Below are positions 24,718 through 34,825 of a stretch of DNA of 64,000 nucleotides, piece by piece. The notes beneath the pieces are model-generated. The model ran no database searches. It was not told where the DNA came from and saw nothing but the letters and a program-made list of their open reading frames with translations. The position numbers and the translations under genes are program-made. The first letter of the stretch is position 1; each line of letters begins with the position of its first letter. The DNA comes from Dehalococcoidia bacterium (GTDB lineage Bacteria; Chloroflexota; Dehalococcoidia; Lucifugimonadales; CATOSD01): NCBI GenBank assembly GCA_034421955.1, contig DAOUJZ010000044.1:2310-66309 (forward strand), read 5' to 3'.

Positions 24718-26361
24718 CTACAGCGGAAATCCAGGCTCCTGATCGCTCGGAGCTCGCCACGCTTGTCCCAGTGGCCCCTCGCGCTCCAGGAGGCTGCGGT
24801 AGGAGACCAGCAGGGGAAGGGGAGTTTTCGACCGCGCCATCTCCTCGAGCGCTACACGCATGAAGTGAACTCCCGGGAGATCCTCTTCGAACACGATGAG
24901 GACGGAGGGCCTGGCGCCGTGGTCGTCGATGGGTCGGTGTGTGGAGTAATACCGCAGGTAGGGCGCCAGCCGAGCAGCCATCGTAACCGGTCGCACGGCC
25001 CTGCGCTCCCACTCCAGGAAGAATGACCAAGTGATTTCGTTGCGCCGAATCACGCCGAAGGCGTCGGGTTGTATCGAGCGCAACTGTCCGAAGTGCCGGA
25101 AGTAGCGCGACGCCCTGCGGGGCGGATCAAGCTGGATGGTCTCCCAACCCAGGTCGCGAGCCTGCCTCGACAGCGCTGCCAGGAACCCGTGTACGGAGGC
25201 CGTGTGCTCCATGTTTCGAAGAAGCTGGCGAGTGCGGCTACCCGTCACATCGCGCCAGTTTCCGGCGTCGGCTGGCACCGAGCTCCACCGCCCCTTCGCC
25301 GCGCCTATCGAGGCGCGATCCCTGCGGGCGAGCACCGCCAGCCCCGCGTCGGTGAGAACGAGGCGGCCGCCATCGCCGCCGTGCCTGCGGGCGAGCAGGC
25401 CGGCGCCCTGCAGCGCCGTCGCGAGCGTGGACGCCCGCTGGCGCGTGACTCCCAGAAGCCCGGCCATATTGTCGAGAGCTATCCAGGGCCAGTCGGAGAG
25501 CAGGTCGAGGAGTCGCTTTTCGGCGGGCCTGAGTAGCACCGGCACCATGTGGCCGGGGATCTTTCCTCCAGTCCCTGTCCCCCCGATGCTTCCGGGCATA
25601 GAGGGCCTGGCAAGGGGCCGCTCGGCGGGAAGTGCGCCGCCATGCGGCAGCCTGTCGATGGCTGGCCGGAGTCCGGCCCGAGCGTTAACGGACGGAAGCC
25701 TCCACACGGCATCGTCAGGACCTGCCGTGGCCGCCTCCCTCTCCAACGCGAGGAGCGCGGTGACCGGCGTCTGGAACAGCAGCCTCCGGGCGTACCGAAG
25801 CCGTACTTCGTCGGGCGAAAGCAATAGCACGACCCCGGGGCGAGGCCCGCTGGCGAGACGCCAGAGCCGCTTCGAGAAGCCCGTCCTGTCGGTTGCCAGC
25901 CCCTGGCGAACGATTCCAACGGTGCGTCCGCCGGGAAGTTCCAGAGCGGCGTCGAGCGGCAGACCCCGGTACCAGCGGAACCGACCGATGGGGTGGACGA
26001 CATCGACGATCGCCGACACCAGGCGGTAGATGACCGCCACAGCGTCGAGCCTCTCCATCAGGACGCTTCGCCACCGGGCCGAGACGGGCAGACCTCGGAG
26101 CAGACCTGCGCGCGACGTGACCTCCTCGCCAGCCAGCCGGTAAAGCCCATCCGCGGTGACGTGGAACCTGCGCGTCGGTGGAACCAGGTCTATGCCGTGG
26201 GGAACGGAGGAGATCAGGCCCGCGTGCTCGAGCTGCCGGACGGCCTCGTACACCGCACCCGTCGACCGGCCGGTGACGGCCGCCATCTCCAGCCGGTCGA
26301 GGAAGGGCATCTCGGCCAGCCGTCCAAGCAACTCCAGCCTTCCCCCGGTAAGCGGCCTCAT
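24718..26361 (-). CDS. Replication-relaxation family protein (putative relaxase-like, with two wHTH domains)
   Basis: 547 aa. wHTH 1 is LELLGRLAEMPFLDRLEMAAVTGRSTGAVYEAVRQLEHAGLI and wHTH 2 is LLDLLSDWPWIALDNMAGLLGVTRQRASTLATALQGAGLLAR. The C-terminal part HTASVHGFLAAL...IQPDAFGVI...FFLEWERR...LAPYLRYY is nuclease-like, as in Replic_Relax proteins. Confidence 0.5.
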   Translation of the reverse strand: MRPLTGGRLELLGRLAEMPFLDRLEMAAVTGRSTGAVYEAVRQLEHAGLISSVPHGIDLVPPTRRFHVTADGLYRLAGEEVTSRAGLLRGLPVSARWRSVLMERLDAVAVIYRLVSAIVDVVHPIGRFRWYRGLPLDAALELPGGRTVGIVRQGLATDRTGFSKRLWRLASGPRPGVVLLLSPDEVRLRYARRLLFQTPVTALLALEREAATAGPDDAVWRLPSVNARAGLRPAIDRLPHGGALPAERPLARPSMPGSIGGTGTGGKIPGHMVPVLLRPAEKRLLDLLSDWPWIALDNMAGLLGVTRQRASTLATALQGAGLLARRHGGDGGRLVLTDAGLAVLARRDRASIGAAKGRWSSVPADAGNWRDVTGSRTRQLLRNMEHTASVHGFLAALSRQARDLGWETIQLDPPRRASRYFRHFGQLRSIQPDAFGVIRRNEITWSFFLEWERRAVRPVTMAARLAPYLRYYSTHRPIDDHGARPSVLIVFEEDLPGVHFMRVALEEMARSKTPLPLLVSYRSLLEREGPLGQAWRAPSDQEPGFPL

Positions 26362-28937
26362 TGGCTACGCTCCCCGCCGGCTTGCCCCGCCGTCGTGTTC
26401 CCGCTCTTCCGGTCGCGCCTGGTGCGCACCTTGCGCCGTCCCTGCGCGGCGGGCTGTTTTCCTCTGTCCGCCGCCCGCTCGCTCCTTAGCTTCGCGAGCT
26501 CTCCACGGTACTTGCCCACGATGTCCTGGAGTCCCTCCCCCGTCGCTGCCACGTCGGCGGCCGGGGTGAGGTACGTCTCGGCAACGGCGCGCACTCGCTC
26601 CGCGACCCCAGGGTCGCCGTCGCCCGGCTTCCTCACCATCATGGAGAACGCATCCATGCGCTCCGTGCCCACGGTGGCCCTGACGTAGCAGTGGTGGACG
26701 GGGAGCGAAGTTATGTCGTCCTCCGTCACGCGCTCCCTTCCGAGTTCCCACGATAAGTGGCGTGCGTCCGACCCGGATACCTGGAATACGGCGAGGCAAC
26801 CCACGTTGGCCAGCAGCGTGTCGCGCATGGTGCGTGACAGGTCGTCCAGCTTGGCGAGGCTCTGGGTGGCCAGCACGAACGACGCCCCGAACTTTCCCAA
26901 CTCCGACAGCATAGACTCATAGTCCACACCGGGCATCGACTGCATCTCGTCCACAACTACCAGCACGCCACGTCTCCTCTCCGGCGGCAGGTCACCCTGC
27001 TCGCGGATAACCGAGTCGACCAGGTTGAGCAGCGAAGCTCCCACTAGGGCGGCTACGTCCCTGCCGACCGTTCCCTGCGCGGTAGATACAAGTAGGATGC
27101 CCCCGTCGTGAATGGTGCGGCGCAGGTCTATGGTGGAGCGGGACTGGCCCAGCACGGCCCGCGCCCGCTTCGATGAGGCGTAGTAGGATAGGCGGGTCTG
27201 CACCGGCGCCAGGGCGTCGGCTCGGGTCTCGTGGCGCCAACCGCCGAAGTCCCTGGCCCACCACTGGAGGAGGTACGGGTCGTTCAGCTTCTCCAGCACA
27301 CCGTTGCGAAAACCCTCATCGGCGAGAAGCTTCAGCCCGTCCAGGATGGTGTGCTGATCACCGGCCTCGAGTTGGCCGTTGGCCTCGTGGAGGGCCTTCA
27401 CGGTGTGCTCCAGGATGGACTGCATTCTGGGGCCCCACTGGTCCCAGAGGCCGCGGCACACCCGCACAACCGAGTCCGCGGTGCGGTCGCGGTCCGCGAA
27501 GATGCGCGCGTCTAGGAGGTTGATGCCTGGGGCCCCGCGGTTGTCCGCCAGGTCGATGAGCCGGACGCCATCCGCGAGCCTTGCCGGCACATGCCTCAGC
27601 AGTCCATCGACGAGGTCGGCGTGGGGGTCGACCACGACGATGGCGTCGCCGTCTCTTCCCACCGCCTTCTCCGCCAGCTTGTGGCTCACGACGTGGTGCA
27701 TGAGAGTCGACTTGCCCATGCGCGTTCGGGCGACGTAGAGGTGGTGTCTCCTTAGCAAGTCTTCCGGAAAGTGTATCTTCCTGGGGGTCCCGGCGACGGT
27801 GTCACCAACGTGGGCGCCGCCCCTGATGCTCCGGGCGCTCGGCGGCAACACCCTCGCCCCGGTGCGGGCCACCAGGGGTGTCTCATCCCGGCCTCCCGGC
27901 GGGTGCCACAGGCACGCCGCCTCGCGCACGCCCAGAATGCTGCGCTTCCCGAAAAGGCCGGGACCCGAGGGGTGTAGAGACTCCGGGTCAGGCACGACCG
28001 GACGCGCCCTGTCGGCCGTGAAGCGCGTGCCCGCCGGGTTGTCGTAGTGGCGGTAGGCCGCCACCACCTGGTCGAGTAATTCCATCGCCCGCTGGGGCCC
28101 CGTGCCGTCTGGCAGCGCCGCCACCACCCGAATTTCTCCCTCGAAGGCCATGCGAGAGACCTTCTCCCTGACCTGCAGCGGGTCGCAGACTCGGCTCCGC
28201 GCCTTTTTCCACTTGTGCCACGCCCATCCGGCCACGGTCAGGGCGATGGAGATGCTCAAGCCAAGAAGCACGGCCTTCCAGGTCTCGCCGGCCCGCACCC
28301 AAAGGTAACTCTGGAGGGCCGCCAGGGCAGCCACCCCCAAGACGGCCATCGTCACGCCCTCGCTGCGGCCAGCGCGTGTCCGGCTGCTCTCCGCGTCCTG
28401 AGGCGTCGCCGCCGGACGCCCGTGCGCCTTCTCCATGTGGGGCTCTGACCAGTCCGGGCCTAGGGAATTGAGCAGCAGTCTCGCCACCACACGCTCCCCC
28501 TCGTTCAGATTCGAGAGCGCTCCCATGATGGCGATTAGCGGGTCCGATCCGGGGTCGACGAGGTCGTCATCTCTGAACGTTCTCAGCGGCGCGTACTCCG
28601 GCCCCCCGGACCTCAGGGACATGCCCCACGCCCGCTCGTCCTCGCCCAATCGTAGGGGATCCTCTTCGGGAGAAACCTCATGTATTCGTGCCTGAGGATA
28701 GCAGGCGGCGATCTGTCCGCGCACCACCCTGTCGTCCAGGCAGCGGACCATCAGCGTCACCCCGTCCATGTCTCCAGCCAGCTCCAGCGAAAACGGCTCT
28801 GGGACGGCGATAGAGCCCAGCATGTTCTCTACTGCCAGCAGCGTACGCTCCCCCGTGCGGGGCGGCGTCACCGCCAGGAGTACGGGTCGTCTCTCTTCCT
28901 CCTCATGGAACAGCCACTTGATGGGGTTCAGTCTCAT
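26358..28937 (-). CDS. Type IV secretion coupling-protein-like ATPase (VirD4/TraD/TraG-like)
   Basis: 859 aa. Two TM helices lie around aa 195-240. Walker A is ARTRMGKSTLMHH and Walker B is RGVLVVVDEMQSM. The stop overlaps the next start (ATGA). An N-terminal domain of about 190 aa precedes the TM helices. Confidence 0.6.
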   Translation of the reverse strand: MRLNPIKWLFHEEEERRPVLLAVTPPRTGERTLLAVENMLGSIAVPEPFSLELAGDMDGVTLMVRCLDDRVVRGQIAACYPQARIHEVSPEEDPLRLGEDERAWGMSLRSGGPEYAPLRTFRDDDLVDPGSDPLIAIMGALSNLNEGERVVARLLLNSLGPDWSEPHMEKAHGRPAATPQDAESSRTRAGRSEGVTMAVLGVAALAALQSYLWVRAGETWKAVLLGLSISIALTVAGWAWHKWKKARSRVCDPLQVREKVSRMAFEGEIRVVAALPDGTGPQRAMELLDQVVAAYRHYDNPAGTRFTADRARPVVPDPESLHPSGPGLFGKRSILGVREAACLWHPPGGRDETPLVARTGARVLPPSARSIRGGAHVGDTVAGTPRKIHFPEDLLRRHHLYVARTRMGKSTLMHHVVSHKLAEKAVGRDGDAIVVVDPHADLVDGLLRHVPARLADGVRLIDLADNRGAPGINLLDARIFADRDRTADSVVRVCRGLWDQWGPRMQSILEHTVKALHEANGQLEAGDQHTILDGLKLLADEGFRNGVLEKLNDPYLLQWWARDFGGWRHETRADALAPVQTRLSYYASSKRARAVLGQSRSTIDLRRTIHDGGILLVSTAQGTVGRDVAALVGASLLNLVDSVIREQGDLPPERRRGVLVVVDEMQSMPGVDYESMLSELGKFGASFVLATQSLAKLDDLSRTMRDTLLANVGCLAVFQVSGSDARHLSWELGRERVTEDDITSLPVHHCYVRATVGTERMDAFSMMVRKPGDGDPGVAERVRAVAETYLTPAADVAATGEGLQDIVGKYRGELAKLRSERAADRGKQPAAQGRRKVRTRRDRKSGNTTAGQAGGERSQ

Positions 28938-29019
28938 AATCTTGGTCCTCTCTACGTCGGTTTCCTCTACCGGTGCATCGTCGTATTCGTGTCCATACCT
29001 GGCATTGGCTCACCTCCAT

Positions 29020-31362
29020 CTAGTGCCTGCCTGGCCTCCACTCGATAACCTCCGTCTCCTCCGGGGTGGCCTCAATGCGCACGGGGAAGCGGTTGCCCCT
29101 GGCGAGCAGGAGTCCGTCTCCACGCGGGCACGACAGCAGCCATCGCTGGAGATCCTCCGGCAGGTCGAAGGCGTCGCCGACGGTGCCCACGGCGGCTGCG
29201 TCCTGCTGGAGAAGGAGCTTGAAGGCGGCGTTCTGAAGCAGCGCCCTTCCCGAGTGGCCGGTGATGGCCCTGGACGAGTCCTCGCTAAGAAGGTCCTGCA
29301 CGTCCTGGGTTATGAACTGGAGGCCAAGGCGGTGCTTGCGCGCCCGCTTGGCCATGCTGACCATGAAAGCCGCGCCCTCCGGGTGCTGCATGATCGACCA
29401 CACCTCGTCCACGACCAGCAGTCGGGGCTTAGGGTCTCGGGCCGCAGCGGCCCACACCGTCTCGGTGCAGACCATGGCCGCGGCGGGCCGGAGTTCCGGC
29501 TCCAGCAGCCGAAGGTCGAACACCGTGACAAGCGCTTCGTTTCCGAGCAGGTCGTCGCCCTCGTCCGAGAGCAGGTGGCGGAGACTGCCGGTGGCGAAGG
29601 GTCGCAGCAGCAGGGACAACCCCTCGTCGCCCGCCTTGTCGTCCTGAAGGTACCCGTAAAAGTCGCGGAAGCCGGTGCGCTCCCTGGGGCTTGAGTAGTA
29701 GCCCGCGAGCGCGTGATCCAGCGCGGCTCGCCGCTCGGCGGAGAGGCGCTCGCCCACCATCACCTCGATGAGCCGCCTCAGGCTGCCGATTCGCTGGAGC
29801 ATCTCCTCGGAGTCGCCGCGGTCTATGACGAATGGGTTCATGCCCTCTCCGGGTACGCCGGGGGAGAGCACCCGTCCGCCGGCGGCGCGGGCCATGTCCG
29901 CGTACTCGCCCTCCGGGTCTATGACGTAGGCGGTCACGCCCCGGCACAGTCCCCTTAGCACGCCAAGCTTGGTCGAAAAACTCTTGCCGGAGCCCGACCT
30001 CGCCAGCACGGCGGTGTTCGCATTCAGGTGGGTGCCGTCCCAGGGGTCGTACACGACAGGCGAACAGGATCGCATGTCGATGCCGTAGAGGGTTCCGCTG
30101 CGGGTGTCCATGTCCGGCGGGGAGAATGGAAACAGGCGGGCGATGCTGGACGTGTCCAGGCTGCGCCACTCCGCCACGGCGTTCAGCGCGAGGGGCAATG
30201 TTGAGAGCAGCCCCTCGCGCTGCCGGAAGGCAAGATCGTCCAGCTTGCCCAGGGTTGCGGCAAAGTGCCCTTTCGCGCGCTGGGTCAGCTCGGTAAGAGA
30301 GGCCTCGTCATCTGCGTGAAGCGTTACTGACAGGGAGGAATGGAAGAGCCGCTCCCGTCCCCGCTGCACCTCATCCCGGAGCCTGTTGATGTCCTCCAGG
30401 GCGATCTCCGCCTCGGGGGACATGGTGCGGCCTCTCCTGAAAGACAGCGACTGGGCAGACTCGAACCTGACCTTCTGCCACTCCAGCGTTCTCGCCGCCT
30501 GCTCCGCCGGTACCGGCCCTAGATGCACGGACAGGTCCAGCGGAGCGCCAGAGGCCATCAGCCCCTGGAGGAACCCCGGGGCCAGGGATCGGGGCCACTT
30601 GCCCAGGTGCAGTGAGCGCACGAGGGAATTGCCGACGCGCATGTGGCGGCGGTTGATCTCCACTTTGACCCGGTCGTCCTCGTCGAACTCGGCCGGGGAG
30701 CCGCCCAGGGCCGCCGATACGAGGAACATGCGTAACCGGCGGCCTGTCAGCGCGTGGACGGACAGCCCGGCCCTCGCCAGCAGGCCCCGCAGCTCGTCGA
30801 AGCGGGGAAACTCACACACGGCGTAGAAACGCCTGTCTAGGATGCCGTCGCGGGACTCGAGCTCCCCGAGAAGCCGACGCAAGGACTCCGAAGCGGCTTT
30901 CGTCTGTGGCGGAAGGTTGGGCGGCTCGGCCTCGCTCAGCTTGTTCCTCAGGCCACCGAGGCGCGGCGGGTGTTGCCTGACGAGCAGTTGGAAGGGGAAG
31001 TCGCAGGCGTTGAGGGTGCCCGCGAATGCTCCCAGCTTCGGCTCGTCCAGCTCCAGTCCCATCACCTCACAGATGCCGAGCTTGACGCCGTCTAGGCGCA
31101 CCGGTCCGTCCTTTTCGAGGTGGGACAGCATGAAGAACAGCGACAGGTCGGGCGGCGGCTTGGGGGTCGGAGTCTCCATTGTGCCCCGCAGGTATAGCGG
31201 TCCTTCCTTGCCGTTTATAGGTGCTGCGCAACTCTCCATTGCTTCCGAAGACTCAACCCGCTCGGTTTGCCGGGGGCTGGTCTTCGTGCGCAGGGCCGAC
31301 AGCATGCGTCTGAGATCGTGAACTCTCAGGCGGGCACGTTCGACTACGCTCGTTACATTCAA
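29020..31362 (-). CDS. VirB4/TraE-like conjugative ATPase
   Basis: 780 aa. Walker A is VLARSGSGKSFSTK and Walker B is RLLVVDEVWSIM. It also has ...KHRLGLQFITQDVQDLL, and its size and order fit the VirB4 family. Confidence 0.7.
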   Translation of the reverse strand: MNVTSVVERARLRVHDLRRMLSALRTKTSPRQTERVESSEAMESCAAPINGKEGPLYLRGTMETPTPKPPPDLSLFFMLSHLEKDGPVRLDGVKLGICEVMGLELDEPKLGAFAGTLNACDFPFQLLVRQHPPRLGGLRNKLSEAEPPNLPPQTKAASESLRRLLGELESRDGILDRRFYAVCEFPRFDELRGLLARAGLSVHALTGRRLRMFLVSAALGGSPAEFDEDDRVKVEINRRHMRVGNSLVRSLHLGKWPRSLAPGFLQGLMASGAPLDLSVHLGPVPAEQAARTLEWQKVRFESAQSLSFRRGRTMSPEAEIALEDINRLRDEVQRGRERLFHSSLSVTLHADDEASLTELTQRAKGHFAATLGKLDDLAFRQREGLLSTLPLALNAVAEWRSLDTSSIARLFPFSPPDMDTRSGTLYGIDMRSCSPVVYDPWDGTHLNANTAVLARSGSGKSFSTKLGVLRGLCRGVTAYVIDPEGEYADMARAAGGRVLSPGVPGEGMNPFVIDRGDSEEMLQRIGSLRRLIEVMVGERLSAERRAALDHALAGYYSSPRERTGFRDFYGYLQDDKAGDEGLSLLLRPFATGSLRHLLSDEGDDLLGNEALVTVFDLRLLEPELRPAAAMVCTETVWAAAARDPKPRLLVVDEVWSIMQHPEGAAFMVSMAKRARKHRLGLQFITQDVQDLLSEDSSRAITGHSGRALLQNAAFKLLLQQDAAAVGTVGDAFDLPEDLQRWLLSCPRGDGLLLARGNRFPVRIEATPEETEVIEWRPGRH

Positions 31363-31387
31363 CTTGGGCCTCCTCTGTTTCTTCGAC

Positions 31388-31702
31388 CTAGGGGGTTGGG
31401 AACTCGACCAGGCCGCTGCGCAGCAGCGCAGAGACCGCCTTGGCCGACATCACCAGCACCAGTCCCGCGATCGCCAGAACCACGGCGCCCCTCGCCCCGC
31501 CGCCGCTCCTCTCCTCTCCACCCTCGGCCATCAGCAGGAAGCCCGCCCAGACGATGGCGAAGAGGCACAGGCCGGCACCGGCGTAGGCCATCGCCGTAAG
31601 CACCCGGTCGAAGGCGGTGAGCATGACCTCTTCTTCCGGAGCGGCCCCCGTAAGGACGAGGGCCGCTCCGGCGAGCGCCGGCAGGGTCGCGAGCCACCTC
31701 AC
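31388..31702 (-). CDS. Small two-TM membrane protein (VirB2/TrbC-pilin-like candidate)
   Basis: 104 aa. It has a signal-like N-terminus and then two hydrophobic helices separated by AEGGEERSGGGARG. Confidence 0.35.
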   Translation of the reverse strand: MRWLATLPALAGAALVLTGAAPEEEVMLTAFDRVLTAMAYAGAGLCLFAIVWAGFLLMAEGGEERSGGGARGAVVLAIAGLVLVMSAKAVSALLRSGLVEFPTP

Positions 31703-33366
31703 TTGGACGTCTCCCAGCCTTCAAGGCTTCCCGCGGGCTCATGCCCGCCCAGCGGCTCTGCGGGGGAAAGCTCCGGCAGGAACAGCAGGCGGAACGGGGC
31801 GTCGGAGCCGATCCGGGATTCTGCAGCCAGGTTCTCGCGCCTGGTGCGGGTTACCGGGGATCTCACTTCCACCTCGGCCTCCACACGCTCGGGGTGGACC
31901 AATATGAACGTCACGTCCCGTTCGATCCACTCGCCGGCCACCGACAGCGTGGCGGAGATAGTGTAAGGGCGCGTCGTGCCGTCGGGGTTGGCCACCTGTA
32001 CCGTCTTGCTGACGGACTTTCTAACTCCCGGCCTGAATAGCCTTACCCTCTCGGTAAGTTTCTCGATGCGCTCCGCGCGGTGGGTGAGACTCGTAAGCGG
32101 CGGTATGGCGATGCGCAGCGACGCCTCCAGTTCGATGCCGACGGCAACGGCGTGAAGAGCATCGCCAGTGGGCACGACTATCCGGAAACGGGTCTCACCG
32201 CCGGGGACAAAGGGTACGGCGGCCTCTGCGGTGCCGTTCGACACGATGACAGTGCCGGTGACCGCCGTCACCTGCGCGTCCATCAGCGCGGTCTCCGCAA
32301 CGCTCGCGTGCCCGACCACGGTCTGAAGCTCCACGGGGTGAACGGTGCGATTCACGCACTCGGCCTCGATTACGCCGCTCACGGCCCCGGGCGTCCAGCT
32401 TAGGCTGGCGAGCCGGGCGTCGCATAGCTCGCCCTCCACCTCAGGCAGCGGGTACGGAATCCTCTCGCCGTCTATGGTGATCGCCCCGGCCTGACCGGCA
32501 GAGTCTTCCCACGCGAACGTGAACGACGGCCGCGGACCGTCTAGGGGCAGCGAGTAGTTGATGCGTTCGCCCTGAGCCAGCGTTGCCATGCCCCAGAACC
32601 GTGGGGTGACGCCCTCCGGCCCGCCGTACGCCCTCACCCGCAGATCGATGTCCGTCGCGGCTCTGAGGGTCACGGCGGCGCGATCGTTCGACACGGTGAG
32701 TGCCTCTACGAACACCCGTCGACCCTGCACCTCCTCCGGAAGATCGAAGCCAATCTCGTCCTCCCAGTACTTGTCGGCAAGCGCCGCCTGAGGAGCCGCG
32801 GCAGCCACCACGAGCGCGAGCACCACCGCGACGGCGACCCAGCCCTTCGGGGCGTTGTTCTTGTGCTCTCCACCGGTGTTGTTGCGGCGCTTGCCGAACC
32901 AACCGTGAGCCCGGAAGGGGGGCCTTCCACCTGGGCGGGCTCTCCCTCTACGCCTCTTTTTTCGCAGGCTGCGAAGGGCCCGCTTCGCCTTTCTCGCCAC
33001 CAAGTTGAAGGGGCCGGGACCGCTTCGAGAGGGCTGAACCGGAGCAGGCAGTTCGCTTCTCGCCAGCTGCGACACGGATCCCGTGTGTATGCGCGACCCA
33101 AGCCTGTACCTCAGCAGGTCGGCGGCCATCAACGGCAGGCGCCGGCTGCCGACCTTGCCCACGATCATCACAATCCCGGCTAGGCTCATCAGGACGGCAA
33201 TCGCCATCCTGACGGCGGAAGGCCCCACGGGAGCGTAGCGGTAGGCGCCGTAGGACAATGCGCACACCGCCACCACCGCAACAATTTGCGGAAACGTGAA
33301 CCACAGCAGCACCCTGTCCTCGGTCTGCACGTGGGTCGGCACCTCGTGTTCTCTCAAGGTTTTCAC
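31699..33366 (-). CDS. PrgI/VirB3-like N-terminal domain fused to a large extracytoplasmic domain
   Basis: 555 aa. The N-terminus EVPTHVQTEDRVLLWFTFPQIVAVVAVCALSYGAY followed by a second TM helix matches the PrgI-family pattern. About 380 aa of beta-rich ectodomain follow. Confidence 0.45.
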   Translation of the reverse strand: MKTLREHEVPTHVQTEDRVLLWFTFPQIVAVVAVCALSYGAYRYAPVGPSAVRMAIAVLMSLAGIVMIVGKVGSRRLPLMAADLLRYRLGSRIHTGSVSQLARSELPAPVQPSRSGPGPFNLVARKAKRALRSLRKKRRRGRARPGGRPPFRAHGWFGKRRNNTGGEHKNNAPKGWVAVAVVLALVVAAAAPQAALADKYWEDEIGFDLPEEVQGRRVFVEALTVSNDRAAVTLRAATDIDLRVRAYGGPEGVTPRFWGMATLAQGERINYSLPLDGPRPSFTFAWEDSAGQAGAITIDGERIPYPLPEVEGELCDARLASLSWTPGAVSGVIEAECVNRTVHPVELQTVVGHASVAETALMDAQVTAVTGTVIVSNGTAEAAVPFVPGGETRFRIVVPTGDALHAVAVGIELEASLRIAIPPLTSLTHRAERIEKLTERVRLFRPGVRKSVSKTVQVANPDGTTRPYTISATLSVAGEWIERDVTFILVHPERVEAEVEVRSPVTRTRRENLAAESRIGSDAPFRLLFLPELSPAEPLGGHEPAGSLEGWETSK

Positions 33367-33381
33367 CTCCTTCCCAAACGA

Positions 33382-33699
33382 CTACTTTTCCTGGCCGATC
33401 TCGGTGTTGGTGTTGCCGCTGCCTCCGCTCGTCTCCGGCTCGGGAAGTTCGCCCACGTCCACGACCGGGTCCACCACCGCGTTCATCACCACTTCCACCA
33501 CGCCGAACGCCACCATCGCCAGGATGATGCCCGCAAGCGCCGTCATCATCGCGCTCTTGCCGCGCTCCATCTGGTGCGGCGCTCCGGCTGCCGTCAGGTA
33601 CATGTAGGCCCCGTAGACGAAGTAGCCCACGCCCACAACCCCGACGATGCCCAGAAGTATCCCCACCAGGTTCGATATGGTCTGTGTCAGGTCTTCCAT
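33382..33699 (-). CDS. VirB2/TrbC-like pilin candidate
   Basis: 105 aa. Two hydrophobic helices (LVGILLGIVGVVGVGYFVYGAYMYL / MMTALAGIILAMVAFGVVEVV) are separated by the short polar loop AAGAPHQMERGKS. Confidence 0.45.
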   Translation of the reverse strand: MEDLTQTISNLVGILLGIVGVVGVGYFVYGAYMYLTAAGAPHQMERGKSAMMTALAGIILAMVAFGVVEVVMNAVVDPVVDVGELPEPETSGGSGNTNTEIGQEK

Positions 33700-33859
33700 A
33701 AGTTGCTTCTCCTCTTGTTTGGATTCATGGCCTGACGGCGGTTTCCGCCGGTTCCGATTCCTTCACTCGATTAGCTAAGCACCTCTCCCACCTCCCTCTA
33801 GTTATTCGATTGGCAAGTCTCGCCCGTTGCGTTCAGTACTTGTCATGGCGACAGGCGGT

Positions 33860-34822
33860 CTACTCGCCGGAGCTCCTGGGTATGCCACCACCGCCGCCGG
33901 CGGACGGAGTGGCCATGGACGCCGCCGACCTGATGCCGCCCGCCGCGGCCGAAAGGCCGGCTCCGCCCACTGCGGCCCCCGCTGCCATGCCGGCCGGACC
34001 CCCGGCCAGCATTCCCAGGGTCCTCGCGGAGCGCATCAGAGTGCCGGGCAGGTTGAGTCCGAAGTAGAGCGTACTCGGCCAGGAGTCGAAGGTGCCCGCG
34101 TTGCCGAGCATCGACGGCACCCGCGTCGCCATGTAGACGAACGCCACTGAAATGAGGAGTTTCCATACCAAGTCTTGTCCGGGTTCGAACGCCTCTATGG
34201 TCGCAACCTCGTTCAGGAACGCGAACGCCAGCGCCAGCGCGATGAGCTGGATCGCCTGCTGGAACACCGTCGTCATGAACAGCCTCAGCCACTGGTGGCC
34301 CCAGCCCGAGGTGTGGGGCAGTATCCAGAGCCCTAGCGCAACCGGCGCCAGCGCCAGCAGGATGTCGATCAGCGCCAGTCTTAGCACCATCTGCACGATC
34401 ACGTAGAGCACGAAGAAGCCGTAGACCAGGTAGAGCACGGCCATGAACAACGCCAGGCCTACGCTCCCCGCCTGCGTCGCGGTGATCAGCGTCTCCTTGG
34501 TGGAGCGCAGCAGGTCGCCAGCCGTGACGCCCAGGGACGCGGCGACGAACCCGGACACCGCATCGGAGACGTCGATCACCAGCGCGCACCACCAGAGCGA
34601 GGACGCCGCGGCCACCAGGCCCAGCACCAGCCGGGGCACCAGTTCCCGCCATCCCGCCTGCTGCCTGCCCAAGTGGTCGCCTACGATGAGGCCCAGGCCC
34701 ATCCAGCCCAGGATGACCGCGAGCGCGCCCGAGGCTATGGCCCAGACGACCGTCCACGCCTGCTGCACAATAGGGTGGCCGTAGGTGAGCTCTGCGGGGG
34801 TGCCGGTGATCACGTCTTCCAC
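33860..34822 (-). CDS. VirB6/TrbL-like polytopic membrane protein
   Basis: 320 aa with six or more TM helices and a Gly/Ala-rich C-terminal tail. It sits within the T4SS operon. Confidence 0.45.
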   Translation of the reverse strand: MEDVITGTPAELTYGHPIVQQAWTVVWAIASGALAVILGWMGLGLIVGDHLGRQQAGWRELVPRLVLGLVAAASSLWWCALVIDVSDAVSGFVAASLGVTAGDLLRSTKETLITATQAGSVGLALFMAVLYLVYGFFVLYVIVQMVLRLALIDILLALAPVALGLWILPHTSGWGHQWLRLFMTTVFQQAIQLIALALAFAFLNEVATIEAFEPGQDLVWKLLISVAFVYMATRVPSMLGNAGTFDSWPSTLYFGLNLPGTLMRSARTLGMLAGGPAGMAAGAAVGGAGLSAAAGGIRSAASMATPSAGGGGGIPRSSGE

Positions 34823-34825
34823 GGC